Below are positions 28,903 through 37,866 of a stretch of DNA of 37,918 bases, piece after piece. Position numbers and translations under genes: made by a program. The notes under the pieces are model-generated. The model was not told the DNA's origin. It did no database searches and was given only the letters and a program-made list of their open reading frames with translations. Where the stretch lies: IMG/VR virus record IMGVR_UViG_3300008120_000397; one strand, written 5' to 3'. Source of the DNA: a virus. Positions within the stretch are counted from its first letter, which is position 1. Every line of letters begins with the position of its first letter.

Positions 28903-29871
28903 TTACGACGCGTCAATGAGGATGCCTTGCAGGCTCCGATTGGAGCAAACAAGCTGGCCCTGCCAGAACATCGGGATCACAACCGCGTCCTGATTAATAG
29001 AGACCTTTTCGTCGTCAACCGTCCAATTCGCGTCACGATGCGCGATCAATTCCAAATAGTTGGTATTGAGGAAATACATCCTCTCCGCCGTCTTGCCAAA
29101 ATTGGTGTTGTCATCAAAGATCACGTCCGAATCCACATATTTCAGGGACCGGAAGCCGGCATTGCCTTCATCAGCTGAGGCATAGCGCTGCAAGTCTTGC
29201 AGGCTTTCCCAGTAGGCGCTGAAGAAATCGTGAGTTGACACGATCAGGTCAGGCTTGTCGCCACCACGGACGCAAGACAGATAAAGCGCGTTCATGTCGC
29301 CCTTGATCGTGCTTTTGGTCCAAGTGTTGGTGCCACTGATTTCGCGGAACTGGTTACGCCAGAAAGTGTAGGTCGCGCTATCAATCCCGCCGACGGTGCC
29401 TTGACCGTTCGTCTGGATGATCAGCGCAAGCCCGCCAAGCTGGTTTGCCAGGGCGCCAGACGAATACAGGTCAACCGCCATGTTATTCGCCGCCGTGCGC
29501 TTGGCGTTCTGAATGCGCGCTTCAGCCAAGTCAATCAGTTTGCTGGAACCGGCATTCATGCGAAGCTCGCGGCCAGAAGCGGTAATGTGAACCGCCGCCT
29601 GCACCCAATCATACTTCGCAGCCGACACAACATCGGAAGCGGAGATGTTCAGCGCATCATAACCAGAATAGCGCTGATAGGTGCCGTTCTCCTGATAATC
29701 CAGGGGACGGACGATTTCATATCCGCCATCAAGCACGGTGCGGACACGGCCCCGGCGAGAAAGCCGGTTGTAGAGCGCGTTGTGCTTGCTGACGTTATCG
29801 GAGATTTCCGAGGGATGGTTGCGGAGGGTCGTCGTGACCATTTCCGTAAATGTAGCGTTCGGGGACGGCAT
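28903..29871 (-). CDS. Major capsid protein (HK97 fold, podovirus type)
   Basis: 322 aa. It follows the scaffold gene and precedes the decoration gene and a strong terminator. The sequence has the typical flavour (…YLSCVRGGDKPDLIVSTHDFFSAYWESLQ…). Confidence 0.8.
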   Translation of the reverse strand: MPSPNATFTEMVTTTLRNHPSEISDNVSKHNALYNRLSRRGRVRTVLDGGYEIVRPLDYQENGTYQRYSGYDALNISASDVVSAAKYDWVQAAVHITASGRELRMNAGSSKLIDLAEARIQNAKRTAANNMAVDLYSSGALANQLGGLALIIQTNGQGTVGGIDSATYTFWRNQFREISGTNTWTKSTIKGDMNALYLSCVRGGDKPDLIVSTHDFFSAYWESLQDLQRYASADEGNAGFRSLKYVDSDVIFDDNTNFGKTAERMYFLNTNYLELIAHRDANWTVDDEKVSINQDAVVIPMFWQGQLVCSNRSLQGILIDAS

Positions 29872-29902
29872 TGCCGTTCACTCCTTTGCTGAAGGTTGAG
29901 GA

Positions 29903-30910
29903 TTAGCCTTGAATCTGACGGTAAGCGGCTTCCAAGCTGCTGCGAATGTCTTGCGGTTTGCCGGGAGAACCCGACACCGCGCCACGGCTTCGCATGTTGA
30001 TCGAAGCGGCCTTTTTCGCATCGGCTGCCTTTGCGGCGGCGTCTGCTTTGGCCTTCGCCGCGCGTTCGGCTTCCTCGGCTGCCTGCACTTTGGCCCATAC
30101 CGCATCATTTATGCGGACGGCTTTGGTGTAAGCATCTTCCAGCCCTTGCGCTGCGCCGGATGCAATCAATCGGCCCATATCCAATCGAACATCAGCAAAA
30201 TGAGGCCGGAGCGGCTTCCCGCTGGCGTCCTTTGCCTGTTCAAATTGGGAAATGGTAGATTGAAGCTCGATCTGCTGCTTTAGTTGCGTTACCTCACTCA
30301 TCAAGGCATTTTGCATTGGATCAACCGGCGCGGCAGGTTGCCCCGCTTGACCGGCAAAATGCGCGCGAAGATCAATTCCGCGTTGACCGGCAAACCATTC
30401 AATGAAACGCAATGGATCGCGCCCGGCCTGCGTGGAAACATTGACGAGCATTTGAACGGCTCGCGGAATGTCGCCATACTCGGCCACAAGCGCAGTCTTG
30501 TTTTCACCAATGGCTTGCTCGATTGCGTCATAGAGCGAAGCGCGCTGCCCTTTTTCCGTGATGGCTTTGTGGGTTTGGCTTTCCCGGTCCAGCACATAGC
30601 GCTGAACATCGGGCGGAAGCGTTGCCCATTTGGCTTTCACCTCGGCGGACCAAGAGGAAGGCGGCTCGATGGCCTCGGCTTGAGGTTCTGCCGCCTTCGC
30701 TGTCTCGGGCTGGTCCGGTGTTTCTGGCGCGGGTTCTGGCGCCGTATCTCTGGCCTTGAAGCGCCCATCGTCGCCGCGTTCTTCCGCCTTCGCCAACACG
30801 CTTTCCAACGTGTCACGAATTGAAGGCTTGGCGGTCTCTGCCGGCGCGGGCGCGGTAATGGGTTCCGGCGCGGTTTCTTCGACCGCCGGTTGCTCAAGTA
30901 TTTCTGACAT
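29903..30910 (-). CDS. Scaffolding protein
   Basis: 335 aa, acidic, Ala/Glu/Pro/Lys-rich and highly helical. It lies directly upstream of the capsid gene. Confidence 0.65.
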   Translation of the reverse strand: MSEILEQPAVEETAPEPITAPAPAETAKPSIRDTLESVLAKAEERGDDGRFKARDTAPEPAPETPDQPETAKAAEPQAEAIEPPSSWSAEVKAKWATLPPDVQRYVLDRESQTHKAITEKGQRASLYDAIEQAIGENKTALVAEYGDIPRAVQMLVNVSTQAGRDPLRFIEWFAGQRGIDLRAHFAGQAGQPAAPVDPMQNALMSEVTQLKQQIELQSTISQFEQAKDASGKPLRPHFADVRLDMGRLIASGAAQGLEDAYTKAVRINDAVWAKVQAAEEAERAAKAKADAAAKAADAKKAASINMRSRGAVSGSPGKPQDIRSSLEAAYRQIQG

Positions 30911-30922
30911 GGGGTCTCCTGC

Positions 30923-31189
30923 TTAGTCCCGCCTCAAAGGCAGGTTTCGCGGGTTTGCGAATTTTTCACTGCGATAGCCGCCGGGCCATTCGGAAGGGTC
31001 AACCTCGCGCGTATTCGTGCGCTTGAAATGCTCCCGGCGCGCGGCCCGGCCATCAATCCACCCATCGCCAAGCGGGGACTTATAAGCCGGCAAGTCACGC
31101 ATGATGCCAGGCGTGTCAGGCGCAGCGCGCGGCTCGTCGGTCACTTCTTCCAGGCGAAGCGTGTCACGGTTCCAGCGATAGCGGGGCAT
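30923..31189 (-). CDS. Hypothetical protein (88 aa)
   Basis: It is TAATG-coupled to the repeat protein. I recognised no motif. Confidence 0.5.
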   Translation of the reverse strand: MPRYRWNRDTLRLEEVTDEPRAAPDTPGIMRDLPAYKSPLGDGWIDGRAARREHFKRTNTREVDPSEWPGGYRSEKFANPRNLPLRRD

Positions 31190-32301
31190 TACATCACCAT
31201 TAAAAGAACGGTTAGGTCGTCATCATCAGCCCATGCGCGGGCTTGCAATTCCGCAATCCCGTCTAGCAAGGCGGAAATGCGGTCAATCGTGGCCAGGTCG
31301 CGCGCTTGCCGATCAAGCGCCGCAATCTCGGCCCGAAAATCTTCCGGCGCGGCCTTTCTGGCGTCCGCCAGCGCTTCTTGCACGTCCACCCGTGCGGCTG
31401 GCGCCTCAGTCTCGGCAAGGCCCTCTGCGGCTTCATATGCGGCCTGCAAAGCCTGCCGGAAACGCCGCCCGCGTTCATCTTCCAGCCGTTGCCGGCGCTT
31501 TTCGCGCTTGGCAAGGCGCCGGATGTCCTCAGTGCGGGCGGGCGCATCATCGCCACCGGCAGGCGGGGCAATGGCCTCAATGTTAAGCGAACCCGCCACC
31601 GAAAAGGTTAGCGTGGTTTGTCCAGCTATCTCCGCACCGCCGCCCGATAGTGTAGCGTCCGGCAGGAATGTGAGCGTAGTCGCGCCGGAAATTTCCGCCG
31701 CCGTAATGGCAGTACCAGTTGTGGTAAAGGTTAGCGATGTAGCGCCTTCTAGCGCACCACCGCCTATTAGGGCGCCCTCAGTCGTGAAGGTTAGTGCTGC
31801 TACCCCTTCAAGAGCGCCAGCACCACCCAATCCCGTAAGGTCTGCCGCCGTGGTAAAAGTAAGCGAAGCCGCGCCGATAAGCGGGCCATCACCAAGCAAC
31901 GCGCCAACAGTCGTGAAAGTTAGCGTTGCCGCGCCTGCAATATCACCAGCGCCGCCAGACCCGGTAAGGTCTGCCGCCGTGGTGAAAGACAGGGTTAACG
32001 CCCCGTTAAGCGGCCCATCACCCAACAGCGCGCCGATTGGCGTGAAGGTTAGCGCCGATGCCCCATTAAGCGGCCCATCACCCAACAGCGCGCCGATTGG
32101 CGTGAAGGTTAGCGCCGATGCCCCATTAAGTGGCCCATCACCCAACAGCGCGCCGGTTGGCGTGAAGGTTAGCGCCGATGCCCCATTAAGTGGCCCATCA
32201 CCCAACAGCGCGCCGGTTGGCGTGAAGGTTAGGGTTGACGCCCCTACAAGAGCGCCGCCTGCTAGGTCAGCAATCGCCGGGACGCGGACGCGCAAAGACA
32301 T
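31189..32301 (-). CDS. Tandem 20-aa-repeat protein (about 11 x xLTFTxxGxLxGxGxxxGxx) with a charged helical C-terminal domain
   Basis: 370 aa. The repeats are visible at both protein and DNA level. The C-terminal about 120 aa is Arg/Glu/Ala-rich and helical. Confidence 0.7.
   Translation of the reverse strand: MSLRVRVPAIADLAGGALVGASTLTFTPTGALLGDGPLNGASALTFTPTGALLGDGPLNGASALTFTPIGALLGDGPLNGASALTFTPIGALLGDGPLNGALTLSFTTAADLTGSGGAGDIAGAATLTFTTVGALLGDGPLIGAASLTFTTAADLTGLGGAGALEGVAALTFTTEGALIGGGALEGATSLTFTTTGTAITAAEISGATTLTFLPDATLSGGGAEIAGQTTLTFSVAGSLNIEAIAPPAGGDDAPARTEDIRRLAKREKRRQRLEDERGRRFRQALQAAYEAAEGLAETEAPAARVDVQEALADARKAAPEDFRAEIAALDRQARDLATIDRISALLDGIAELQARAWADDDDLTVLLMVM
31981..32220. repeat. 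Four consecutive 60-bp tandem units inside the repeat-protein gene
   Basis: Units 32101-32160 and 32161-32220 are identical. Unit 32041-32100 differs from them at 2 positions, and unit 31981-32040 is more diverged. Degenerate 60/69-nt copies continue down to about 31600. Confidence 0.9.
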
Positions 32302-32304
32302 CGC

Positions 32305-33126
32305 TTAGTCCCCGAGTAAAGGCGGACAATTCAGGAACGGGCTGCTCGTCACCAAGTTAGCGGCATTTCCCCATTTCCACGCGAGATGCCCTAAGACCTT
32401 CATTCGGTTATCTACCGATAGCTCGGCACCATTCGAGATGATGACTTCGCCTATCATCCAGTTCGTGTATCTAGCGAACAACGGTGATGAGCCGATGTAG
32501 AGCGGAGATGTTCCTAAGTTAGTGCGTAAGGTATACGTTCCAGTGTTGCTGCCGTCTGCTTTGCCATTTTGCAGCCCAACTAATGAATTGTTTTGATGTA
32601 CACCTGTGAAAATATACGTTTGATTAGTCACGTAGGTCAACGACCCCGTTCCGTCATAATTTGGCTGTGCTCCCGCTGTGTTTGTTGAATACACAGCCGA
32701 CCGTCCATTGCTTTTGATAAGATCACTCCACCCCGCAGTTGAAGGGCCAGCTGAGGTAAAAAATTCAAACAATGAGTTGTAGGCGCCAGTTAATGCAGCC
32801 GCCCGAAACACGACGAATGCCGTGATTGGATATTGAAATGCCCAAGCTTCTGGCGCGCGTTGCAACGCCTTGGCGGTGCCATCGAAGGCGATGCTGCCAA
32901 GACCGTTTATTCCGTTCCGGTTATACGATGGCTGGCTTGGCGTGGTTGTCTGCGTAAAATGCCGCCCGTTGCCGCTCTTGTCGCGCAACTCACTGATGCC
33001 TGTTGCTACTGAAACTGTAGAAGCATCAGCAGCGTCAAGCCACAGCGCAGGCCGCAACAGGTCAGGCGTCCACAACCGATTCCCCTGCAACTGCGCTTCA
33101 TCAAGTCTGCTGACCCCGCGCGGCAT
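32305..33126 (-). CDS. LamG/concanavalin-A-like lectin-domain protein 2 (273 aa)
   Basis: It has the LamG_3-type N-terminal signature LWLDAADASTV...ISELRDKSGNGRHFTQ...NGLGSIAFDGT. The gene is AT-richer than its flanks. Confidence 0.65.
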   Translation of the reverse strand: MPRGVSRLDEAQLQGNRLWTPDLLRPALWLDAADASTVSVATGISELRDKSGNGRHFTQTTTPSQPSYNRNGINGLGSIAFDGTAKALQRAPEAWAFQYPITAFVVFRAAALTGAYNSLFEFFTSAGPSTAGWSDLIKSNGRSAVYSTNTAGAQPNYDGTGSLTYVTNQTYIFTGVHQNNSLVGLQNGKADGSNTGTYTLRTNLGTSPLYIGSSPLFARYTNWMIGEVIISNGAELSVDNRMKVLGHLAWKWGNAANLVTSSPFLNCPPLLGD

Positions 33127-33540
33127 TTAGGTGACATCCTCATTCCACGGACGCACGTAAAGCTCATTCCCGGATGCGGCCAGTGACACGCCCGCGTTAT
33201 TGATCACGCTAAACCGCATGGAGAATGGGTAGAGCCTGACCATATTGACAACCGCCACCTTGGCGGATGCGCCGGAGGTAAGCGGAATGACATACAGATC
33301 GCCGCCGATCCGGTCTGCCGTATCAGTGCCGTCATTCAGGGTGACGCGAAGCGTTATCGAACCGCCAGTGCTAGGCGTAATGCTGCCAAGCTTTATGGTC
33401 ACAACGTTGTAAAGGTCACGGTTTGTCGAATTATCATAGGTGACAACCGTGCTTTCGCTGCCATTGGCCAGTGAATTGAGCGTTGTTCCCGCAAAATCGC
33501 TTGACCGCGCCGAAGGCGTTGCCCATTTCGCGACTGCCAT
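33127..33540 (-). CDS. Hypothetical beta-rich structural-module protein (137 aa)
   Basis: It is coupled to its neighbours and Ser/Thr/Asn/Val-rich. Confidence 0.55.
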   Translation of the reverse strand: MAVAKWATPSARSSDFAGTTLNSLANGSESTVVTYDNSTNRDLYNVVTIKLGSITPSTGGSITLRVTLNDGTDTADRIGGDLYVIPLTSGASAKVAVVNMVRLYPFSMRFSVINNAGVSLAASGNELYVRPWNEDVT

Positions 33541-34019
33541 TACACGCCGCCCCGCGCCAGACCGACAGTCCGTGCAGTGACCGTGACGCCATTTGCTTCA
33601 GCCCAAGAAGGGTGCCGATCTGCCAAAGCTAAAAGCCGATCTTTTGTCGCTGCCGAAAGCAATCCAACTTGAACCATTTTTGTCAGCACCAAACCAACCG
33701 CCTCATAGGCTTCTGGATCGTCTGCCTCGATATGGCTGCTTTGACGGATTGTATCGCGCATGAGAATAGCCGCCGCCCTGGTTTCTTCTGGCAAGGCCTC
33801 GTTTCCCGCCGCGACAACCGCCTTGGCCCACTCGCCTGTAGTCAATAGCAACTGTTGCGCAACGCCTGTTGCCACCTTCTGCTTTACCTTGGGCAGCGAA
33901 ACGTCAGGAACATTCAGCAAATTTGCAGCCATCCACTCAGGAAGCCCATGCAAGTCCGGCTGCGATACGCGCGCGGCCAATAAGGCTAACTGCGTTGGGC
34001 TGATTTCGTCATCGCTCAT
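33540..34019 (-). CDS. Hypothetical helical protein (159 aa)
   Basis: An operon-context ORF with no recognised motif. Confidence 0.55.
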   Translation of the reverse strand: MSDDEISPTQLALLAARVSQPDLHGLPEWMAANLLNVPDVSLPKVKQKVATGVAQQLLLTTGEWAKAVVAAGNEALPEETRAAAILMRDTIRQSSHIEADDPEAYEAVGLVLTKMVQVGLLSAATKDRLLALADRHPSWAEANGVTVTARTVGLARGGV

Positions 34020-34070
34020 GCGTTTGCATCCGTGAAGGTGAAAGCCATGGTCAGTCGAAGCTTATGGAGA

Positions 34071-34517
34071 TCAATCCACATTCACATCAAGCGCGCCAAT
34101 GGCGAAGGTTTGGGTCGCGTTTGAGCTTGTCGTGACAGAAATCGAAGTAGTCAAAGCGCCCTTGAAAAGCAGGTTGCCCGCGCCAGTTGAATCCGTGCCG
34201 ATCCCAAAATGGGTAATCGTGGCAGAACCGCTTGTGCAAGGCCCAAAGGCAACCGAAGCCGCGTTTGACACGTTGTTGCCAGATACTGTCCATCCAGAAC
34301 CGGAACGGGCAACCGCTTGGCGCGCGTAGCCGGTATAGGAAACCTCGCTGGTATTCTGCGCGCCCGCTTCGCCGGGGTCGGCGGTATGCAGCGACACGAA
34401 CAAAGAGCCTGCCGTCGCGGATGCTGGCAGCCCGGTGGCATCGCCAATGTTGGCAATGGCAGCATTTTGAAAAATATGCTGAAGCAAGCTTGTCTCAAAG
34501 GCGTTTGTTGCGGACAT
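34071..34517 (-). CDS. Hypothetical structural-module protein (148 aa)
   Basis: LLQHIFQNAA...LFVSLHTADPGEAG...EVSYTGYARQAV...THFGIG resembles a recurrent phage family of unknown function. Confidence 0.55.
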   Translation of the reverse strand: MSATNAFETSLLQHIFQNAAIANIGDATGLPASATAGSLFVSLHTADPGEAGAQNTSEVSYTGYARQAVARSGSGWTVSGNNVSNAASVAFGPCTSGSATITHFGIGTDSTGAGNLLFKGALTTSISVTTSSNATQTFAIGALDVNVD

Positions 34518-34529
34518 GGTGTGTTCCTA

Positions 34530-36869
34530 TCAATTCAGAGTGGTTTCAACGCCAATGGCGCGGCCATCATTGCCACGCACAACGCGTTTCGGCGCCATCA
34601 TCGCCTGGGCAAGCTGCGCCAGCGCTTGCGCTTGCATCATGGCGGCTTGCGCCTGTTGCTCGGCCTGCGCCGCCAATGTCTGGTTCAATGCGGCCATTGC
34701 CGCCGCTAATTCGCGCATCTGTGCCTCATTCTCTTCAAGCAAGGCTTCACGGTCAGGCAGTAGCGCATCCTTGCGGGCTTCGACCCGCGCCGCTTGGCTA
34801 TCTTGCAATCGGGCAGCTTCGCTTTGCGCCTTCAATGCCACCTCGGCTTCGCGAATGGCAATCTCGCGCTCTTTGATCTGCGCTTCCATCGCCAAGCGCT
34901 GCGCTTCAAGCGCCAGCTTTTCTTGCTCAAGCTGCGCCTTGGCTTGCGCTTCGGCCTGCTTGGCTTGCATCTCCATCGCGGCGCGTTGCTGCTCGGCTTG
35001 CGCTTCTGCCGCCGCACGCTGCGCTTCTGCCGCCGCACCCTGATCCTGTTGTGGCGCCGGTTGCGCGGCAATCTTGCCCATGCGCTCTAGCGCGTCTTCC
35101 GCTTGGCGCCCTAGCTTGAAATTGCGCGCGAAGGCAGTCAGCAAATCCGCCACAACATCCATCGGCATAGCGCCAGCCTGCACCGCCGGCCCCACCGCCT
35201 GGATGAACCCGCCAAAGCCTTGCACAAACTCTGCCGCGTTTGTCTTCAACCGCGCAACATCAGCCTGCACCGTGCTGTCGGTTTCAATGTCCACCCGATA
35301 GCCGCGCATAGCATCGGAGCGAAGCACTTGCAGCACGTCATCCCATGAAGGGACAGTTAGTACTTGCTCAATCTCAGGCGGCACCGGCTGCCCGGATTGT
35401 TGCGCCATCATCGCCGCCTGTTGCGCCATCATCTTCTGTTGCGCTTGCGGCAAATCAACGCCGGTCATCAGGCCAAGCGTCTCAGGCTCAAATTTCTCGC
35501 CAATCAATTCGGCCATCAACCGCACGGCATCGCGCGCCATGCGTTGCACCTCGGCCTGCCGGTCCTGAATGCGGATCGAACCAAACTGGGCTTTGATCTG
35601 CTGCGCCGTGGCAGTCTCGCTCGCCACACTGGCGCCGCGCACAATGTCAGATAGGCCCGTGATTTCGTAAATGGTGGCCTTCAACGCCTCGCGGTGCTGC
35701 ATAAGCTGGATGATGACAGAAACCAGCGTTTCAAGCGGCACGGGCCAGATTGCCTTGTCAAGCCCGCGCTCGGCAAACTGCATCGCGTTCTGAATTGGGA
35801 CAAATTCACCATCTTGGGCGCGGGCTAGTTTCTCAAATTCCTCAATATCTGAAGCATAGACACCACGATAGCGGCATTGCTCTACCAGCTTGTCAATCCG
35901 CCGCGTGACGTGATCAAGCTCCTCTGCCTGATCCTTGTAAAGCGAATACGGAACAATCGGCACAAGGCTTCCACTATCCACCACATCATAAATCGGACGC
36001 GGCATTGGCCAGAAGTCTTGCAAACCAAGCGGATCATCCACACGCTTTAGGATTTTGGACGGCAATGATGGCGCGATGAAAAGAACCTCGCGCTCCTCCT
36101 TATCCCAAAGCTCATATACCGTGCCGCGCTTGAAAACGTCCGGCACGTCGCGCGGGTCAGAATTGCGCGCCCGCGCGTCATCGGTCACAATGTCAAGCGG
36201 CATGGTGGCGCCAATGTTGCCAAAGCGGTCTTTCAATTCATCGCGCGTTAGGCGATGCTCGAAGCCGATCCACGGCACTTCTTCCCACTTGCGGCCTGGC
36301 CCAATGATGAAATCATGCCAGTCCACATGCTCAACGCAAACCTTCTGAAACACCAAGCGCGGCGCGGCGGGCTGCATGGCCTCGCCATCTTCCGCGTATT
36401 CTTCCGCCGCTTCCTGTTGTTCTTCCTCCGTTTCCTCAAAGGAAGGCTCGTAGCGCACACGCAACACGCCGCGCCCGGCCAGCACGCTGTCAAACACCGC
36501 CGCGCGCATGTTGCCGCCGAAATCATAAGCGTCGAAGGAATAGCTTAGGCTGCGCTCCAGCACCTGCGCGGCAACCTTGCCAGTCGCATCAGCATCACCA
36601 AAGCGGCGCCGCACGTCCGGGATTGGCGTGGAATTGTAGATGGCGGGCAACGTGATCTGCGTGTTTGCAAACAGGATATTGAATTTCTTGCCTTGGTTGT
36701 TCTTGCTGTCGCCACGGTAGCGCTCACGCGCCTCGCCAGCGCCCTTGCGCCAGTCGGCTTCATTCTTCCTCGCCAGCGCCACGCTGTCCAGCCATAGACG
36801 CGCAAGCCCGGCATCATCCTTGCCAGCGTCTTCGCGGTCTTCATAGGCCTCGGTGGCGCTGTCGCTCAT
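34530..36869 (-). CDS. Portal protein with a long C-terminal coiled-coil (barrel-like) extension
   Basis: 779 aa. The N-terminal signature is KFNILFANTQITLPAIYNSTPIPDVRRRF. The C-terminal about 150 aa is an Ala/Gln/Glu-rich helix (AAEAQRAAAEAQAEQQRAAMEMQAKQAEAQ...). Confidence 0.8.
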   Translation of the reverse strand: MSDSATEAYEDREDAGKDDAGLARLWLDSVALARKNEADWRKGAGEARERYRGDSKNNQGKKFNILFANTQITLPAIYNSTPIPDVRRRFGDADATGKVAAQVLERSLSYSFDAYDFGGNMRAAVFDSVLAGRGVLRVRYEPSFEETEEEQQEAAEEYAEDGEAMQPAAPRLVFQKVCVEHVDWHDFIIGPGRKWEEVPWIGFEHRLTRDELKDRFGNIGATMPLDIVTDDARARNSDPRDVPDVFKRGTVYELWDKEEREVLFIAPSLPSKILKRVDDPLGLQDFWPMPRPIYDVVDSGSLVPIVPYSLYKDQAEELDHVTRRIDKLVEQCRYRGVYASDIEEFEKLARAQDGEFVPIQNAMQFAERGLDKAIWPVPLETLVSVIIQLMQHREALKATIYEITGLSDIVRGASVASETATAQQIKAQFGSIRIQDRQAEVQRMARDAVRLMAELIGEKFEPETLGLMTGVDLPQAQQKMMAQQAAMMAQQSGQPVPPEIEQVLTVPSWDDVLQVLRSDAMRGYRVDIETDSTVQADVARLKTNAAEFVQGFGGFIQAVGPAVQAGAMPMDVVADLLTAFARNFKLGRQAEDALERMGKIAAQPAPQQDQGAAAEAQRAAAEAQAEQQRAAMEMQAKQAEAQAKAQLEQEKLALEAQRLAMEAQIKEREIAIREAEVALKAQSEAARLQDSQAARVEARKDALLPDREALLEENEAQMRELAAAMAALNQTLAAQAEQQAQAAMMQAQALAQLAQAMMAPKRVVRGNDGRAIGVETTLN

Positions 36870-37144
36870 GGGGTAGCTACCTCAATCAAAAACGCAACCA
36901 GCGCCGCCGCCAGCGCAGGCCAAGCGATGTCACGCCCAGCGCGCGGCTTCCACTGCCAGGGGTAAATTCGATTGCTGCCGAAATGCTCCTCAGATTGGCG
37001 CCGTTCCCGCCCCACATAGAAGCCAATCGCGAACGCGGCGCCAATCAGCGCAGGCAATCCCGCAAGCGCGCAAGGCAAGCCGATCAGCGCGGTTAGGGCT
37101 GCGCCTAAAAACGCGTGCGAAATGCCGGGAGTGATGCGGGTCAT
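36866..37144 (-). CDS. Membrane protein (92 aa, 2-3 TM) between terL and the portal
   Basis: The hydrophobic segments are FLGAALTALIGLPCALAGLPALIGAAFAIGFYV and WPALAAALVAFLIEV. ATGA overlaps are present at both ends. Confidence 0.55.
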   Translation of the reverse strand: MTRITPGISHAFLGAALTALIGLPCALAGLPALIGAAFAIGFYVGRERRQSEEHFGSNRIYPWQWKPRAGRDIAWPALAAALVAFLIEVATP

Positions 37145-37866
37145 AGGCCAAACCTCCCACGGTCGGCGTCAAAGTTTTGTGCTACTTGGGCTGGACTGAA
37201 GGCGATGTTGTAAGCGCGCACGATTGCTACATTACACGCTAAAAACCCAAAAGAAGCACTTTGGAATCGCGCTAAAACCATTTGAGTTGCAGCATTTAGC
37301 GATTGGGTAGACGCGGTATCGCCTACAACCAATACGCCATTGACAAAAATTTGCCGCGCGCCGGTAGTATTATTTCTAGTCGCTACGCTTTGTATCCAGT
37401 TACCAGTATTGTAGGTGCTGGTTGTCTTTAGGGTAGAATCTGGATTCCCATTACCGAACATGAGACGGCCCGCGCCAATCGCTAGACCAAAATCATTTCC
37501 TGGACCGCTAACGTCTGCATCCAAAATAGCAAGGCCATCCCACCACTCGCCCGAACTAGACCCGCCGCTAGAAGTGGTATTAATCCACAACTCAAGGGAA
37601 AAAGAAGCGCCTACCGACCTAGGCATTGTAGCGAATTGAGTAGAGCCGTTAAAAGCGATCTGCCCACCATTTGCCGCGCTGAAAGTCGGGCCATTGATTA
37701 ACGTGGCGTTGTTACCGTTCCCGCTAAGATCAGTCCAAGTTGCGCCAGTACCAGGGTAACTTGCCACATTGCCAGTATCTAAATCCATGACAAGGCCGCT
37801 GGTAACGATGCCACCACCACCCGATGGCCTAGCAAGCATTGGGATGGAAATGCCCAGCGAAATCAT
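37141..37866 (-). CDS. LamG/concanavalin-A-like lectin-domain protein 1 (241 aa)
   Basis: Motifs are GLVMDLDTGNVASYPGTGATWTDLSGNGNNATLINGPTF...IAFNGSTQ and the C-terminal VAIVRAYNIAFSPAQVAQNF, typical of Laminin_G_3. The ATG at 37866 overlaps the stop of the 77-aa ORF (seen at 62-64 in the repeat copy). The gene is AT-richer. Confidence 0.7.
   Translation of the reverse strand: MISLGISIPMLARPSGGGGIVTSGLVMDLDTGNVASYPGTGATWTDLSGNGNNATLINGPTFSAANGGQIAFNGSTQFATMPRSVGASFSLELWINTTSSGGSSSGEWWDGLAILDADVSGPGNDFGLAIGAGRLMFGNGNPDSTLKTTSTYNTGNWIQSVATRNNTTGARQIFVNGVLVVGDTASTQSLNAATQMVLARFQSASFGFLACNVAIVRAYNIAFSPAQVAQNFDADRGRFGL

Noticed and set aside
31028-32308. A 426-aa plus-strand ORF antisense to the tandem-repeat protein gene.
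   Set aside because: It is the mirror image of a periodic GC-rich repeat and translates to low-complexity Ser/Ala/Pro/Val sequence. It has no SD or operon context, and every neighbouring gene is on the minus strand and tightly coupled.
32305-37866. A diversity-generating retroelement was considered, because lectin-fold proteins in a BPP-1/epsilon15-like structural module prompted a search for a reverse transcriptase and a template/variable repeat pair.
   Set aside because: No ORF in any frame shows RT motifs such as YxDD. I saw no pair of about 100-150-bp near-identical repeats differing at adenines. The two LamG genes are too divergent to be a TR/VR pair.
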